Shown here: piece by piece, positions 38,701 through 49,200 of the stretch
Layout: each line of letters starts with the position of its first letter
Numbering within the stretch: position 1 is the stretch's first letter
DNA from: a virus
Length of the DNA: 64,000 nt
Strand: one strand, 5' to 3'
Virus record (IMG/VR): IMGVR_UViG_3300010354_000046
Coordinates: 77,604-141,603 of that record
Translations under genes and position numbers: made by a program
The notes under the pieces: model-generated
What the model was told of the DNA's origin: nothing
The model's database searches: none
The model's input: only the letters and a program-made list of their open reading frames with translations

Positions 38701-41294
38701 ATAGACGAGCCAATTACATAGTAGTTTCTTCCAGAGACTAAATTTCCAAAAACAGTATTAATATAAGTTATTCCAGAAGCACTACTTACAGGATTTAACG
38801 ACACGAACTGAACTCGAGTTCCTTCGTGCATATTAGTCGTTGAGCCAACATGAATTGTATTGACTCCGCCACCAATTGTTCTTGTTGCAAGTAAATTAAC
38901 ACCGTTAGCAGGTCTAACTGTTACTCCGCGGAGTTCATCTCCAACGATAGAAGTGTTTGCTGGAACAATGATTGGAATATTTTCGTCATATGTTCCAGAT
39001 TTTACCTGAATTGTTACTGTAACATTGTCGTTAGCTCTAGGTATGCTTGAAACTAATCCCGTAGTAAATGCTGTTACAATAATACTTTGTAAAGATGCTG
39101 TTTTAGAAATAGCAGCACCTTCGGCTGTGTAGCTATTATTAATTACCTGATTAATGATGCTAGCAGGTGTTGTTGTTAGTTCCCATTGAGTAGGTGATGT
39201 GTCAGGCTGGTTATTATTGTTGCTACTGACCAAGCTCTTATACCAATCTCCGTCATAGAATACCACGTCGTTAACTGCATAGTTTGTAATTGCAGCCCAT
39301 GTTTTATTTTCAATTTGATAATTTAATGTAGGTGCAGTATTAGATAAAACGCTCTGAGTTACACTAAACAAGTAATTTATGACTGCTGTAAATTGTGTAA
39401 TTCCTGCGGCTACACCAGGTGTTGTAAATTTATTACCTGATATTAAATCAAAATATGTTAGGGTATTTCCAACAGTCTGACTTGTGCCGCCGCGTGACAA
39501 ATCGTAAACTAGTGCATCGATTGTATACCTAGAATCACGCTTTGTTTTAAACTCATTCATTAACGGCTGCGCTGATGAGAATGGAGGAATGTTATTAGCA
39601 CGTTGATATTTCATCCACTCATATGCTTCAGTGACAATAAATTCTTTATTTTGGTCTATTAAGTATTTGGCGCTTTGATTGTAGAATCCAGCTCTTACTC
39701 TGTCACATGCGTATTTGATAGTCCTCCAAGGAATATCCCAAGTAGTTCCTCTATCTGGAGCATCGATTCCGTTAGTGGCAACATAAAACACGTTAGGGGT
39801 AATAAAAATAGACGACCATGTAGGAAATTCGTTAACAGATTTAAGAATATTAGATTCTGGACCAATTGGAATTGCAACACTTGATCCGTTTAAAAAACTA
39901 ACCATTTCGCCATTTTCGTTCAGTGCGTTGTAAATATCATTTTGCAAAAACAAGACCCAGTATTGATTTGTAGTATCGTTATCTGGTCTATTAATTACCG
40001 AAGAAGTATGATACTGAACACATTTATAGCTGGCGTTTTTCCACATTGCAATATCACCGACGTGATATACGGTGGTTAACGACCATTTAAATTTCCATGT
40101 AGTTCCAGGAACTACCATTTTCCAATATGTGTAGTTTATGCCAGTAAATGATAAACTTTGACCGTTAATTGGTGAGCCGTCGGGTGATTCATTAATTGTA
40201 ACTTGATTAGTTCCAACGGTCCTGACAATTTGTCCTCGACTAAATCCAGTGCCTTTAATAAACATACCTGGAACAATTCCCGAAGCCGATGCAAGATTTA
40301 CCTGTACTCCTGTGCTACCAGATGCCACATAAGTAGTGTTAATGATAACCGCAGTTGGGCGTTGGTTTAAGCTATCGGCAATAGCAACAAATAATTGACC
40401 GCTTACTCTTACAACGTCTCCAATTTTATATTCTGTTACACTAGACCATTCTTGTTGTAATTCATAACCTTGTGTAAACAACGACCAGCTCACAGGATCT
40501 GTAGATGGTGTGTTTCCAACGTTGTTAACAATGTTAGAAATGTATGAATATCCCCCATATACTACAATATCGCCGGCTTGATACACCGTGGTTTCGTCCC
40601 AAGTGCCGCCAAACTCTACTCCTGGCATCCACAGATCCCATTTTAACGGATCAAATGGATCTGCTGATAAGTGGCCTTCTGTGCAAATATATAGTTCTGG
40701 TCCTAACTTAGCAACATCACCAAGTTTATATCTAAATGCTAGAGGATTATATTCGCCCCTGTAGGCAATGTTATTGACTAAAATTTCCCAGTTGGCTAGG
40801 TCATATTCTAGTCCAAGAATTGTAGTCGGTGCTGATGTATGTGCTGTGCTGCATCGGTAAACCCGGCCTCCGTAACGAACAATGTCTCCTACCCCGTAGC
40901 CAGTATTTTGAACCCAAGCATGTTGCCATGTTGTAAACACACCGTATACGTCCCAGTAATAAGGGTCAAAGGTAGTAGCAGATGTGTGGCCTTCTTTACA
41001 AATATATGCATTTCCGCCGTAGATAATAATATTTCCAATAGTGTACGAAATACCTGGCTCCCATGCTCCTCTCCATGTATGGCCGTCTAGCATTAGAGTC
41101 CAGTATGGCTGCGGCGAACCATCTTCACCGGTATTATTGAGGTCGTTATTAAAAACGCTGCCTGCTGTATGTGCAGTTAAACATACATACGAACGACCGT
41201 TTTCACTAACCACTGCGTCTTTAGCGTAAACTGTTCCTGTTTGCCAGATACCTTTCCAGGTAAAACGCAATCTGTCAATTTTAAATTCTGCCAT
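32763..41294 (-). CDS. Giant virion structural/fibre protein (2843 aa), paralogue of the 3191-aa protein
   Basis: Same MAEFK start and repeat types; shared RATNGNSSYG.YGV, YSQVRLT.HDFL.IG.GN and STDQDGNF.VG.LFGV.QATG. Confidence 0.8.
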   Translation of the reverse strand: MAEFKIDRLRFTWKGIWQTGTVYAKDAVVSENGRSYVCLTAHTAGSVFNNDLNNTGEDGSPQPYWTLMLDGHTWRGAWEPGISYTIGNIIIYGGNAYICKEGHTSATTFDPYYWDVYGVFTTWQHAWVQNTGYGVGDIVRYGGRVYRCSTAHTSAPTTILGLEYDLANWEILVNNIAYRGEYNPLAFRYKLGDVAKLGPELYICTEGHLSADPFDPLKWDLWMPGVEFGGTWDETTVYQAGDIVVYGGYSYISNIVNNVGNTPSTDPVSWSLFTQGYELQQEWSSVTEYKIGDVVRVSGQLFVAIADSLNQRPTAVIINTTYVASGSTGVQVNLASASGIVPGMFIKGTGFSRGQIVRTVGTNQVTINESPDGSPINGQSLSFTGINYTYWKMVVPGTTWKFKWSLTTVYHVGDIAMWKNASYKCVQYHTSSVINRPDNDTTNQYWVLFLQNDIYNALNENGEMVSFLNGSSVAIPIGPESNILKSVNEFPTWSSIFITPNVFYVATNGIDAPDRGTTWDIPWRTIKYACDRVRAGFYNQSAKYLIDQNKEFIVTEAYEWMKYQRANNIPPFSSAQPLMNEFKTKRDSRYTIDALVYDLSRGGTSQTVGNTLTYFDLISGNKFTTPGVAAGITQFTAVINYLFSVTQSVLSNTAPTLNYQIENKTWAAITNYAVNDVVFYDGDWYKSLVSSNNNNQPDTSPTQWELTTTPASIINQVINNSYTAEGAAISKTASLQSIIVTAFTTGLVSSIPRANDNVTVTIQVKSGTYDENIPIIVPANTSIVGDELRGVTVRPANGVNLLATRTIGGGVNTIHVGSTTNMHEGTRVQFVSLNPVSSASGITYINTVFGNLVSGRNYYVIGSSITPTSFKVRVFGDSLATVALGTAGSGYSQGLSAVVSAPETAGGYTATVSPVVDATTGSVLSYTITAPGSGYTDNPVVTIQKPVNATSNYLQAGATADQIVVDSILNVIHYGMEVSGTGITSNQKVLNIEENTPQFAQTTITLSAAVDSTPSGTITFSDTGSGAVPGVTTTSQQGIAVNLTTENGFMYVYGGGALGDMFRLRNGTTMRNMTFSGMLGTLSDENIYGTRRPTGGSCTALDPGTDPDDTSAWIIRKSPYIQNCTNFGAGAVGLKVDSTIHNGGQHSVVCNDFTQVLSDGVGVWVYGGEALVEAVSVFAYFCYAGYLSENGGRSRATNGNSSYGEYGVLSEGFDPNEIPTTGSVDNRSQQASAAAVSSFGSNAQILKVQYTNSGSDYNIPVTNMLTYTNNFIGASWTNDGNAILFQNSLSPFGSAEAWTILGNTSITDTSYIYQNISIPASGKVYTNVSGLNLNGTGIGATFDITTTPGGYVVTVNNQGSGYVQGNQILITGNTFGGITGVNDLTITVASIQPPSSVLTVTSNGLVPSGTTQYYTFSIYAKPGTASNFDIYAIYSGSSTVTSSVNYNWVTGAVTGTSVDSVGAIPSLVKATPTNVNGWYRFSFGIYDVTGLNTTLQFRIYPRGRNGVSGSTIFYGAQIEVGSWAITNYYLENATTNTYTAFANIRVTGAGSGALLIGNETRSQAIYQTIITDGGSGFITANNNAQGGNSGVGYLTLAQSDVATANTYIGMRLLVTSGLGAGQYGYISSFNPVTKDAYVLKESFTPLLINQTASGTNRFTLSTGEDVNSLYVNQPVQFIPKFFTTTVTAISQNQITATETIGGLSNTITVTSTAQLAVNMPISFTGTTFGQITAGYTYYVANIVDGTKIQISTTFGGVIWTLVSATGTMSLNYPANTGYLTASTTNMFPNFAIQFTGTTIGTSITVGTYYYVNDVINSNTFTISASLLSISITNTTTGTNLITLSGLPDTTSLIPLNPIYFVGTGFGNISEITKYYISNRPNSTQFTVSTSIITTTATATSTGSNLITVTSTAGFVLNNPVMFTGTAFGGLVAEQVYYISVINNSTSFTVSAVPSGPAVTLNTATGNIICRTTGADVALTTATGSMVGTTTSTKLLLDGGTGSMTGTFSTPLFGGVTSATTYYIRTITTGATNYFTIASTSGGATNVTLTSGTGYMQVAQVGWDNINPGTPDTPLFDSTSTYFIEPRLTFSEPAFNQASVVSLGGASTSVYNAIAFGNGYFYVTSDYGNSLVRSQNGGSYVQITLPVTSQWTSVAAGNGFVVLISFSGTGSGSQVIYSNSDGNSWLLSNLPSLSGWTQLIYGNGKFIALSSGAAYYDLATSNVSSSGSGCKVTVRRFGTSYRVVITTPGTGYAVSDTIRVLGTSLGGASPANDLTLTVGTVLAGGVSSVTVAGTAVAGSGSQPAYSTNFGATWALGSGITQLAWSSITYGQGKFVAIANNSRDVAISTNGITWIVTSNALPVSSTWSKVTYGNNKFVAVSSTSTNPAYSLDGITWYASPYTITATTVSYGQGVYLALNDNSAIGYTSEDGILWKQRTITTTGIGMVSTYGVPTSSNVGTFISISSTGFSTNTFAGCRAQGRPSVYNSEISSITLWEPGSNYNGVPTVSYTDPNNSSDATLIARLGSGSLAGPTFVSRGTNYNTTSTAITIAGGGYADNYQIGTTLYAKNVSKLPTPGSNLQFVGANTQIYKVTSSTALYGSTAPNLTVQLTVSPALDTSTTPEHTTSFTVREKYSQVRLTNHDFLNIGYGNTYQSNYPGFPIDTNLNQSNYTVESNNGRVFYSSTDQDGNFSVGGLFGVEQATGIVTLSASQFGLTGLSQLKLGGVSVGNNQVIITAFSTDTSFLANSNSILPTQRAIKAYLAGRLSQGGANTFTGQLTAGTVVVGGPDKITSTIAEGQAGWQVRMLSKVNIKGQFAGVDGDLPALQFFVRNGTSKGFNGRNFQ

Positions 41295-41321
41295 TTTATA
41301 AATTCCTCAATAATCTAATAT

Positions 41322-41696
41322 TTAACTAATAATCTGTGTTGGATCGTAGGTATATGCTTGATTAACTCTTACAACAAAGTTACCATTACTGTCTAAATAA
41401 TAAAAAATATTTTTATTATCCCATCGGTACTGATCCCAATATAGGTTGTCATACGGACGGCTGTGATCTTCGGCCAGGCGTCCGTCAAAAAAATCAACAC
41501 CGTATTCAAAATCGGAAAAATCTTCCGTACTAGCGCCGGGAGTATTGATAACAATAGTTCCTGTATCTTTTAACTGATCAATTTTAGCAAAATATAATGT
41601 ACCGTCGTCGGTTCTTCTTAAGGCGTAAAAATAACGAGGATTTCCGCCTCCAAGTAAATCTGATTGGTTAACTTCTCCGCCAACATAATATGTCAT
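41322..41696 (-). CDS. Hypothetical protein in structural operon
   Basis: 124-aa ORF with AGGA RBS, tightly packed between structural genes. Confidence 0.7.
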   Translation of the reverse strand: MTYYVGGEVNQSDLLGGGNPRYFYALRRTDDGTLYFAKIDQLKDTGTIVINTPGASTEDFSDFEYGVDFFDGRLAEDHSRPYDNLYWDQYRWDNKNIFYYLDSNGNFVVRVNQAYTYDPTQIIS

Positions 41697-41706
41697 AATT
41701 TATTCC

Positions 41707-42057
41707 TTAAACAATATCTACGTAACTCATTACCAGGTCGAGAGCATCGGCGGTATTTGATACAACGTACATTTTCATATCCCCGGCTAAGATAAGTTTT
41801 TCGCCACCGTTAATAACCCTTAAACTTTGATTAGGTGGAACAATAACATCTTTTACATAGTACGCTTCTGCAAGAACACTATTTGGGGGTGTAGGACTTA
41901 GTTGCTCTAAGCGAATAGATGCCAATACAATGCCGCTAGTCAAGTTCGATAAACTTAAACCAATTACTGTACTTCTAGTGTTTGTAGTTACACTAATAAC
42001 TTCGACTTCGGTTGTTCCGATGTTTTGTTCTAATTTATTTTTAAAAAATGATGCCAT
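41707..42057 (-). CDS. Small beta-rich virion structural protein
   Basis: STVIGLSLSN...KDVIVPP...GEKLIL pattern. Confidence 0.7.
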   Translation of the reverse strand: MASFFKNKLEQNIGTTEVEVISVTTNTRSTVIGLSLSNLTSGIVLASIRLEQLSPTPPNSVLAEAYYVKDVIVPPNQSLRVINGGEKLILAGDMKMYVVSNTADALDLVMSYVDIV

Positions 42058-42060
42058 AAT

Positions 42061-45000
42061 TTATCCAAATAATAATGCAGTAACAATTCCAATGTCGGTA
42101 GCTTCTGCTGTTGTTACGCCGCCGCTTTGACCTGCAACACTGGTCCATGTGACTCCGTTGTATACTTCTACTAATTCTAGAACTGTATTAAACCGAATCA
42201 TTCCAAGTTCTGTTATACCCGGCCTATCATTTAACGAATCTCCAGCAGGAATAACAACACCGCCAGTTCCTGCAATTCGAACATAACCTCCAGAAGTTTG
42301 AATAAATTCTGTAACTCCGCCCGAAGTAACATTGGTTATAGTGTTATTTCTAAATCGTAAATTTCCAATCCTGACGCCACCGGCTCCTGTAGTTAATAAA
42401 TTTAAATCTGTTCCGCTAACAGTTGTAGTTATTGTATCTTGTTGTATATCAATGTTGTTGGTTTGTATTCTGTCTGTTTGAAGTTTAGTAGCATCAAGAG
42501 TTGCTTTTACAACATTGTTGATATAAAATCGAATAATATTGTCAGCAGTTCCTGGTGCTAACTCAGGAGTAATTTTTGTTACTCCGGCAACATCAATTAC
42601 GCCGCCCAGCGATTGCCAATAGCTACCTGTCCAGCCTTCGTACCAATTAAAATCAGTATTGTATCGGATCATTCCAGTTGCAGGTGTTCCAGGTCTTTCG
42701 CTAGTATTTCCTACTGGAATTTTAAAACTTTGATTACTATTAATATTAACAATACCAGTACCTTGTGGAGTTAATACAATATCTGAATTAGTAACAGTAC
42801 TAGAAATATTATTGTCAGAAACCTGTATTCCTTCAAATATAATATTACCTGTTCCATTAGCTTGAAATTCTAAATCTGTATTGGTAGTGGTAGTGGATAT
42901 TGTGTTATTTTCAATTCTTATTACTGGTAATTGCAAGTAACCTGTTCCAGTAATATTTCCAGTTACACTGGTATTTCCGCTGGTAATAAAACTACCTGTT
43001 TGATTTATATCGCCAGTTTGTGTAACTGTGCCAACAATAGTTGTGTTCTTTAGATAGCTTGTGCCAGTTGTGACCGTAAAATTATTTGTTACAGTTAAAT
43101 TTTGATCTATCTGTACATTGTTATTTGGAAAATAAACTTCGCCAGTTCCATTAGCTGTTAGTAATAAGTCCGTGTCAGTTGCAGTTCCTTGAATTGTATT
43201 GGTACTAATATTAATGCCGTTCAAATTAGCATTATTAACGTACACATCTTTCCATCTTAAATTAGGGCTGGCAGAACCTAAATTATAAAAATTATTAATC
43301 GATGGAATCATATTGGAACCAATACTAGCAACAAAATTCATTGTATCGCCACTAGAGCTTCCTAATGTTGTATTACCATTTACAAGGGTGTTTCCTGTAA
43401 CTGTTAAATTTCCTGTTACAAATGTATTATTTTGTAAATTAATTTCTCCACTATTAGCAACAACATTTACGTCGCCAAAGTTACTTTGAATTGTATTTCC
43501 AGTAATTGTAATATTACCAGTTGTAACTTCTGTTGGGCTCAGTGTTGTAGTATTAGTACCGTCACTAAATGTAATACCAGATAATGTTGTGATGCTTAAA
43601 TTTTCTCCTGAAAATAACACATCTCCTGTTTTTTGATTTACATAAAAACTGTCACCAACTCTGAAGTTGCCTTCGTTATCAACGCTGGTGTAATAAATTT
43701 TAGCGCGATTTAATTTTACAACTTCATTAGCTTCTATACGATCGTTAGGATCGTTAGCTAGTGATTTTCCTGATCCCACGTAGGCAAAATTTTGGCTAAT
43801 TAAGTAAGCCAAACATCCGTCACCGTCGCCGTAAGCTCCATATACTCCATAAACACAGGCACTTCCAATGCTACGGAATTCTGCTCCAAAGTCTTGATAG
43901 TTTGCAAAATTGATCCTAGTCGAAAGACCACCTGCATTTGTTCTTATATCCTGTAATGTTACACCATCATCTAATACTACAGTACTATTATTTGCGCCGT
44001 TAAAATGTAGCAATAGTACTGTTGATGTATCACCAGTTAAGGCAACAGTTGACGGGATAAATGTGGTCGAGTATCGACCTATTCCTTTTGTTATTCTAAC
44101 ATCGTCAATGTATCCTGCAAATCCGTAAGCACCTGCTGGGTCAGCGCCAATTCGAACTCCCCTTTGAGCATAGTTATTTGTATCAGTATAGTCTAATCCT
44201 ACTTGTCCGCCATTAACAAATGCTCGTGTAACACCACTAGTTCTAGATAATGCTATATGGTTCCATTGATTCTGTTGAACTAGGCCAGCTGCTCCAATTC
44301 TAAAATTAAAATTGTAATAGAAATAGAGCTGATCAAGATTATTAATTCCTATAATAATTCCGCCACCGTCGCCCGGAGTTGTTGTTCTTAAATCAAAAAG
44401 TGTCCTATAACTACCAGTTGTTGTTGGATATACCCATGCTTCTATTGTAAAATCACCTGTGCCAAATTCAAAATCTGGCTGGCTAGTTGCCGAGATATAA
44501 TCGCCAGTCCCGTCTAAATACAGGCTTGAAACACCAAACTTTTTCTGTGCAGTTAATAATTTAGCATTACCGGCAACTGCAATAGGCTTTCCTAATCGAT
44601 CTTCTAGTGTCTCAAATCCAACACATTTTCCAGTTAACGAAATGTAGTTTCCATCGATACTGGAAATTGTGCCCGATGCTAAAATTGTTGTACCATCTGT
44701 ATCATAATAAGTAACGGTGTTTCCAACAGCCCATGTGCCTGTTCGATTATCAATTCTTAATATTGTTTTTCCAGAACCAGATTTACCAGTTGTACCGCTA
44801 ATTAAGTGGATGCCTTTATCAGCAAAATAGCTAAAACTGTTTAACCATTCAACCCTAGTGCCGTTAGTTGCCTTAATTGCGCTTTGGGCCGGAACAATAA
44901 ATGTCACGCTATGAAATAAACAAGCAACTTCTATACTTGTAGAACTTACTACACTACCGTCTAAATAGGCACCTTGGCCTGCGTCGCCGGAGTCATAGCC

Positions 45001-46107
45001 GTAAGGATCTGTTGGGGAAGTGGTACTGCCTGTTGTAATAACTGTTACGTTTCTAACATATGGGCTTCGGCTGGCGGTAACCATGCCTGGAGCAAATTTA
45101 AATGCGTATCCAGTGTCGTTTACTGAATTGTATCGAAATCCTGATATACTCAGATCTTCTACTGTAGTTTGTCCGTTAAGTAAAATTGCATCTTTATCTA
45201 TCGTTCCTACCGTTGGTTGAATTTTTACGGATCGGATTCCTGCGCCTCGTAGTGTAACACCTGCAGGAATTGTTAATGGAAATATTTCTGTGTATGTTCC
45301 TGGATAAACAAAAACTTGGTCGCCTGCTGCGGCTTGACTTAGTGCATATTTGATTGTTGCAAACGGAGCATGTTCGTGATTACCGTTATATGTATTGTTA
45401 CCGTTTTCAGCAACGTACCAAATACTTCCTTGTGGCAAAGTAAGTTCAATACCGTTACCGATAATATTAGTAGCAGTTAATGTATCTGTTACAACATTGT
45501 TGGAGTAAACAGTTCTCCAAGATTTTCCGCTTCCAAGCGGGCCTGATCCTAAATCCCATGTGTTATTATCGTCTGGGATAATGTTACTATTAATGTCTGC
45601 ATTAAAAACAATATTGTCAGTATTTGCATCTCCCAACTGAATATCGCCGTCTGCTGTAATAGTTCCTGTAGCGTGTAAATCACCGTTAACTAGCATATTA
45701 GCATTGACATTAACTTCGCCGGTTCCGGTTGTTTCTATTACAAGATCTGTATTAGTGCCTAATGTTTCGATTACATTAGTTGAAAGTTGTAAGTTACCTG
45801 TTTGTATTTTACCCTGATATACTACAGGATTAGTTCCGCTTGGGGTTAGATTAATTACATTATTTGAGCTAGCAATAGTATTACCGCTAATAGTAAAACT
45901 AGCAATTGTTGCTTCTTGAGAAACTTCTAAGTTGGTTGTTCTTGCAGTTCCGTTGATCTGCAACTCGTTGGTAGGAGTAGTGGTCTTTACACCAATTCGG
46001 CCATTAATAACATCAATATAGAGTAGGTCGGTCTCAAAGGCAAGGTTAACTCCTTGACGGAGCAGGTTTGCCTTTAAGAGCGGACCCGTAATACGACCAA
46101 GTGCCAT
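42061..46107 (-). CDS. Fibre/spike protein with beta-helix start motif and LamG-like domain (1348 aa)
   Basis: WYVAENGNN...PFATIKYAL...VYPGTYTE; GDFTIEAWVYP...QWNHIA...GYIDDVRITKG; repeated N.I....N.DL.L..NGTG and P.G...RP...G.IR.N motifs. Confidence 0.75.
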   Translation of the reverse strand: MALGRITGPLLKANLLRQGVNLAFETDLLYIDVINGRIGVKTTTPTNELQINGTARTTNLEVSQEATIASFTISGNTIASSNNVINLTPSGTNPVVYQGKIQTGNLQLSTNVIETLGTNTDLVIETTGTGEVNVNANMLVNGDLHATGTITADGDIQLGDANTDNIVFNADINSNIIPDDNNTWDLGSGPLGSGKSWRTVYSNNVVTDTLTATNIIGNGIELTLPQGSIWYVAENGNNTYNGNHEHAPFATIKYALSQAAAGDQVFVYPGTYTEIFPLTIPAGVTLRGAGIRSVKIQPTVGTIDKDAILLNGQTTVEDLSISGFRYNSVNDTGYAFKFAPGMVTASRSPYVRNVTVITTGSTTSPTDPYGYDSGDAGQGAYLDGSVVSSTSIEVACLFHSVTFIVPAQSAIKATNGTRVEWLNSFSYFADKGIHLISGTTGKSGSGKTILRIDNRTGTWAVGNTVTYYDTDGTTILASGTISSIDGNYISLTGKCVGFETLEDRLGKPIAVAGNAKLLTAQKKFGVSSLYLDGTGDYISATSQPDFEFGTGDFTIEAWVYPTTTGSYRTLFDLRTTTPGDGGGIIIGINNLDQLYFYYNFNFRIGAAGLVQQNQWNHIALSRTSGVTRAFVNGGQVGLDYTDTNNYAQRGVRIGADPAGAYGFAGYIDDVRITKGIGRYSTTFIPSTVALTGDTSTVLLLHFNGANNSTVVLDDGVTLQDIRTNAGGLSTRINFANYQDFGAEFRSIGSACVYGVYGAYGDGDGCLAYLISQNFAYVGSGKSLANDPNDRIEANEVVKLNRAKIYYTSVDNEGNFRVGDSFYVNQKTGDVLFSGENLSITTLSGITFSDGTNTTTLSPTEVTTGNITITGNTIQSNFGDVNVVANSGEINLQNNTFVTGNLTVTGNTLVNGNTTLGSSSGDTMNFVASIGSNMIPSINNFYNLGSASPNLRWKDVYVNNANLNGINISTNTIQGTATDTDLLLTANGTGEVYFPNNNVQIDQNLTVTNNFTVTTGTSYLKNTTIVGTVTQTGDINQTGSFITSGNTSVTGNITGTGYLQLPVIRIENNTISTTTTNTDLEFQANGTGNIIFEGIQVSDNNISSTVTNSDIVLTPQGTGIVNINSNQSFKIPVGNTSERPGTPATGMIRYNTDFNWYEGWTGSYWQSLGGVIDVAGVTKITPELAPGTADNIIRFYINNVVKATLDATKLQTDRIQTNNIDIQQDTITTTVSGTDLNLLTTGAGGVRIGNLRFRNNTITNVTSGGVTEFIQTSGGYVRIAGTGGVVIPAGDSLNDRPGITELGMIRFNTVLELVEVYNGVTWTSVAGQSGGVTTAEATDIGIVTALLFG

Positions 46108-46205
46108 TCGCTCTCCTTACCCCGTGTTTCACGGTTAACCACCTTACATTGCGGGTTTACCACAGTTTAACCATACAAGAAATGGTCGTTTCTTGTAATC
46201 ACAAG

Positions 46206-46212
46206 TATTTAT
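46206..46212 (-). promoter_or_regulatory. Late-promoter-like ATAAATA followed by ~95-nt structured leader
   Basis: Motif just after the upstream stop codon; leader contains several stems. Confidence 0.6.
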
Positions 46213-46224
46213 CGGAATTTGGTT

Positions 46225-49200
46225 TTAACCTAGGATCACTGCCCAAAGATTCATAATTTCGTCTACCTGCTCTTCTGAGGCAGCGCCGCTGGACCCAATT
46301 GCTGGAATCCAAGTAGTGTTATTAAAAACTTCTAGATATTCAAGCTCTGTATTATATCTAACTTCTCCAAGTTCAGGAGTTAGGCGCCGACCTGAACTAT
46401 CTCCTGCTGGGAACACCACTGCGTTTACACCGTTAAATTTAACGTACCCTTGTCCTGTTGTTGCTAGTGTTATGGCTCCTGAACTTAAATTATTAAAATA
46501 TACATCATCAATAGTGATATTATTAATGTTAGTGATACCTGTATCCGGTGATAAAAATAAATCTAGTGAATTTAATTTTTGTATGTTGTTGGAAATATCA
46601 ATATTTCCAACGTGCCAGCCAGTTGAATAAAATTTAGTAGCGTCAATGGATGCGTGTACACTTCCAGTTATTCCAAATCGAATAGTATTGTCCGATGCAC
46701 CTGGTGTTAGTTCTGCTGTGACAAATGTTGAGTTTACAGCGCCAAATGTAATTGTTGACCCAGTTAATATATTACCGCTAATTGGTTTACTAAGTGTGAC
46801 ACTTGTACTGGTTTTTGAAGAAATAACTGTTCCTGGTTGTATATTTACTGCGGTCACTGCTTGTCCTACTTGAAGACCGCTGATAAATGTAAAATTTAAT
46901 ACAACAGGACCAAATGTAACTAGGCCCGTTGCCGAAGTTGCGGCAGGAGTATCCAATGTTATAATACTTCCTACAATGTTTATTATTGTAGAGCCTGCTA
47001 CCAGCCCAGGGCCAGAAACTACTTTATAACCAATTGACAACCCAGCGGTACTAATAACTTGTATATCCGCTAGTCCTGCTGTCACAGACAATGTGCCGAC
47101 TGCAAGAGTAGTTTTTGTTGTAGTAGTTATAAAACTAGCATTAGATGTATTATAACTGTAAACACTATTAAAACTAACTAGTCCGTTAGGAGCATACCCT
47201 TCATATCTATTATAGACATTATTAAAACGGATTTCTCCAATATTTTCTATTGTTTTATTAGAATTTGAACCTACTGGAATCTTAACTGCTTTTGTAGAAC
47301 TTACTGAAGTATTTCCAGTACCATTGGGTGTTAGTATGATAGATTTTTGTTGGGTTGTAGTAGCTGCTGACCAATTGTTTAAAATTTCGTTGTTTGAAAA
47401 TTTAATTTTTTCAACATTAACATTGCCCGTACCATTTGCACTAAAAATTAAATTTTGATCCGTCGCTTGATTAGAAATTATATTGTTATATAGGCGTATA
47501 TTAGGAACTTCAAAATAACTAGTATTCCCTGTTATTGTTATGTTATTATTTGAAAATAATCCTATGATATCGGTGTTGCCTGTTTGATTTATATTCCCGG
47601 TTAATAAAACATTTCCTGAAATATCGACATCTTGTAAACTAGTTATTCCTGAAGATACTGTAAACTGATTGTCAACTGTTAAGTTATTATCTATTTGTAA
47701 ATTATTAGATGGAAATTTAATCTTACCAATTCCGTTTGCTAAAAATTCTAAATCAGTATTTGTTGTTTTAGTTGTAATTTCATTAGAAGTTATTTCGGTG
47801 ATTCCGTCAATATTAAACAAGTTAGAATACATTGTATTCCATCGTTTTGATAATGAACCTAAGTAATATTGATCATTAATCCCGGGATAAAAATCCTGGG
47901 TAAAATGCGAAACAAAAGAAACAATGTCAAAATTATTAGAACCGAATGTTATATCTCCGTTCAGTATTAAATCCCCGCTTGTTTCTAAACTTTCAGCAAG
48001 ATTTAAATTTGTATTAAGATATGTGCTGGCAGCACCCCCATAAGCTAAGAAGTTAACTGGGCCAGTAATGGATCCAATAGTATTATCATATATTCTTATA
48101 TTTCCTGTCTGTACAAATTGTTCATTAATAATAGTTGAGCTAGTAGGACCTTCTAATGTAATATTACCGCCAGAAATAATATTAATACTCTGTGCATCAA
48201 AAGCTATCCTTCCAGTTTCTTGACTTACATAAAATATACTGCCTACCCGTATGTCGCCGAGTTGATCTGTACTTTCAAAGTACATGTGGCCGCTATTAAG
48301 TTCTATTATTTCATTTGCTTGAATAGTTAACGATGGATCGTTGGTTAAATCTTTGCCGTTGCCAATATATCCAAAATTGTGAGCCATAATATAGCCCAAA
48401 CATTCGTCACCATCAGCCACTGCACCGTATAAACCGTACACGTTAGCACTATTAATACTTCTTAATTCGGCACCAAATATTAATCCTTGATTATAACGGC
48501 CTGCTGTTCCGTTTAACAAATATAGGCCACGGCGGGCAAAATAAGTAAAACTGTTAAGCCATTCACACCTTACACCATTTAAGCAAGTTAATGCATCTTG
48601 TGATGGCGTAATAAATGTTACCGAGTAAAACAACATTGTTGGAATTTGTGTGCTTGTTGGATCAGCAACACTACCGTCTACATATGCTCCTGCTCCAGCA
48701 TCTCCAGCATCGTACCCATACGGATCTGATATAGATGTAGTGCTACCGACTGTCCTAACCGTGATGTTATTAATATAAGGACTTCTAAAATTTGTTTTAA
48801 AATTATTAGCAAATCTAAATGCGTAACCTTTGTTGTTTACACTATCAAAAAAGAAATCTGTAACACTAAGATGTTCAATCATAGTGTCACCGTTTACTAA
48901 AAATGCATCGTTATTATTAGTTGCAAGAGTTGGTTTAATCGTTACTGCACGGATACCAGCGCCTCTTACAGTTACTCCTTGAGGAACAGTTAACGGAAAT
49001 TCTTCGTAGTATGTTCCTGGAAATATGACAATTGTATCACCGTTTGTTGCTGTTGTTAGGGCTGCTTTTAATGTTGCAAAAGTTGACTGAGAGTGGTTAC
49101 CATAATTATCGTCGTCACCATTAACACTAACATAATATGTATTTCCGGCTGTTAACAGCATATCAATGCCGTCAATTGTTAGACTACTAGTGTTTATTGT

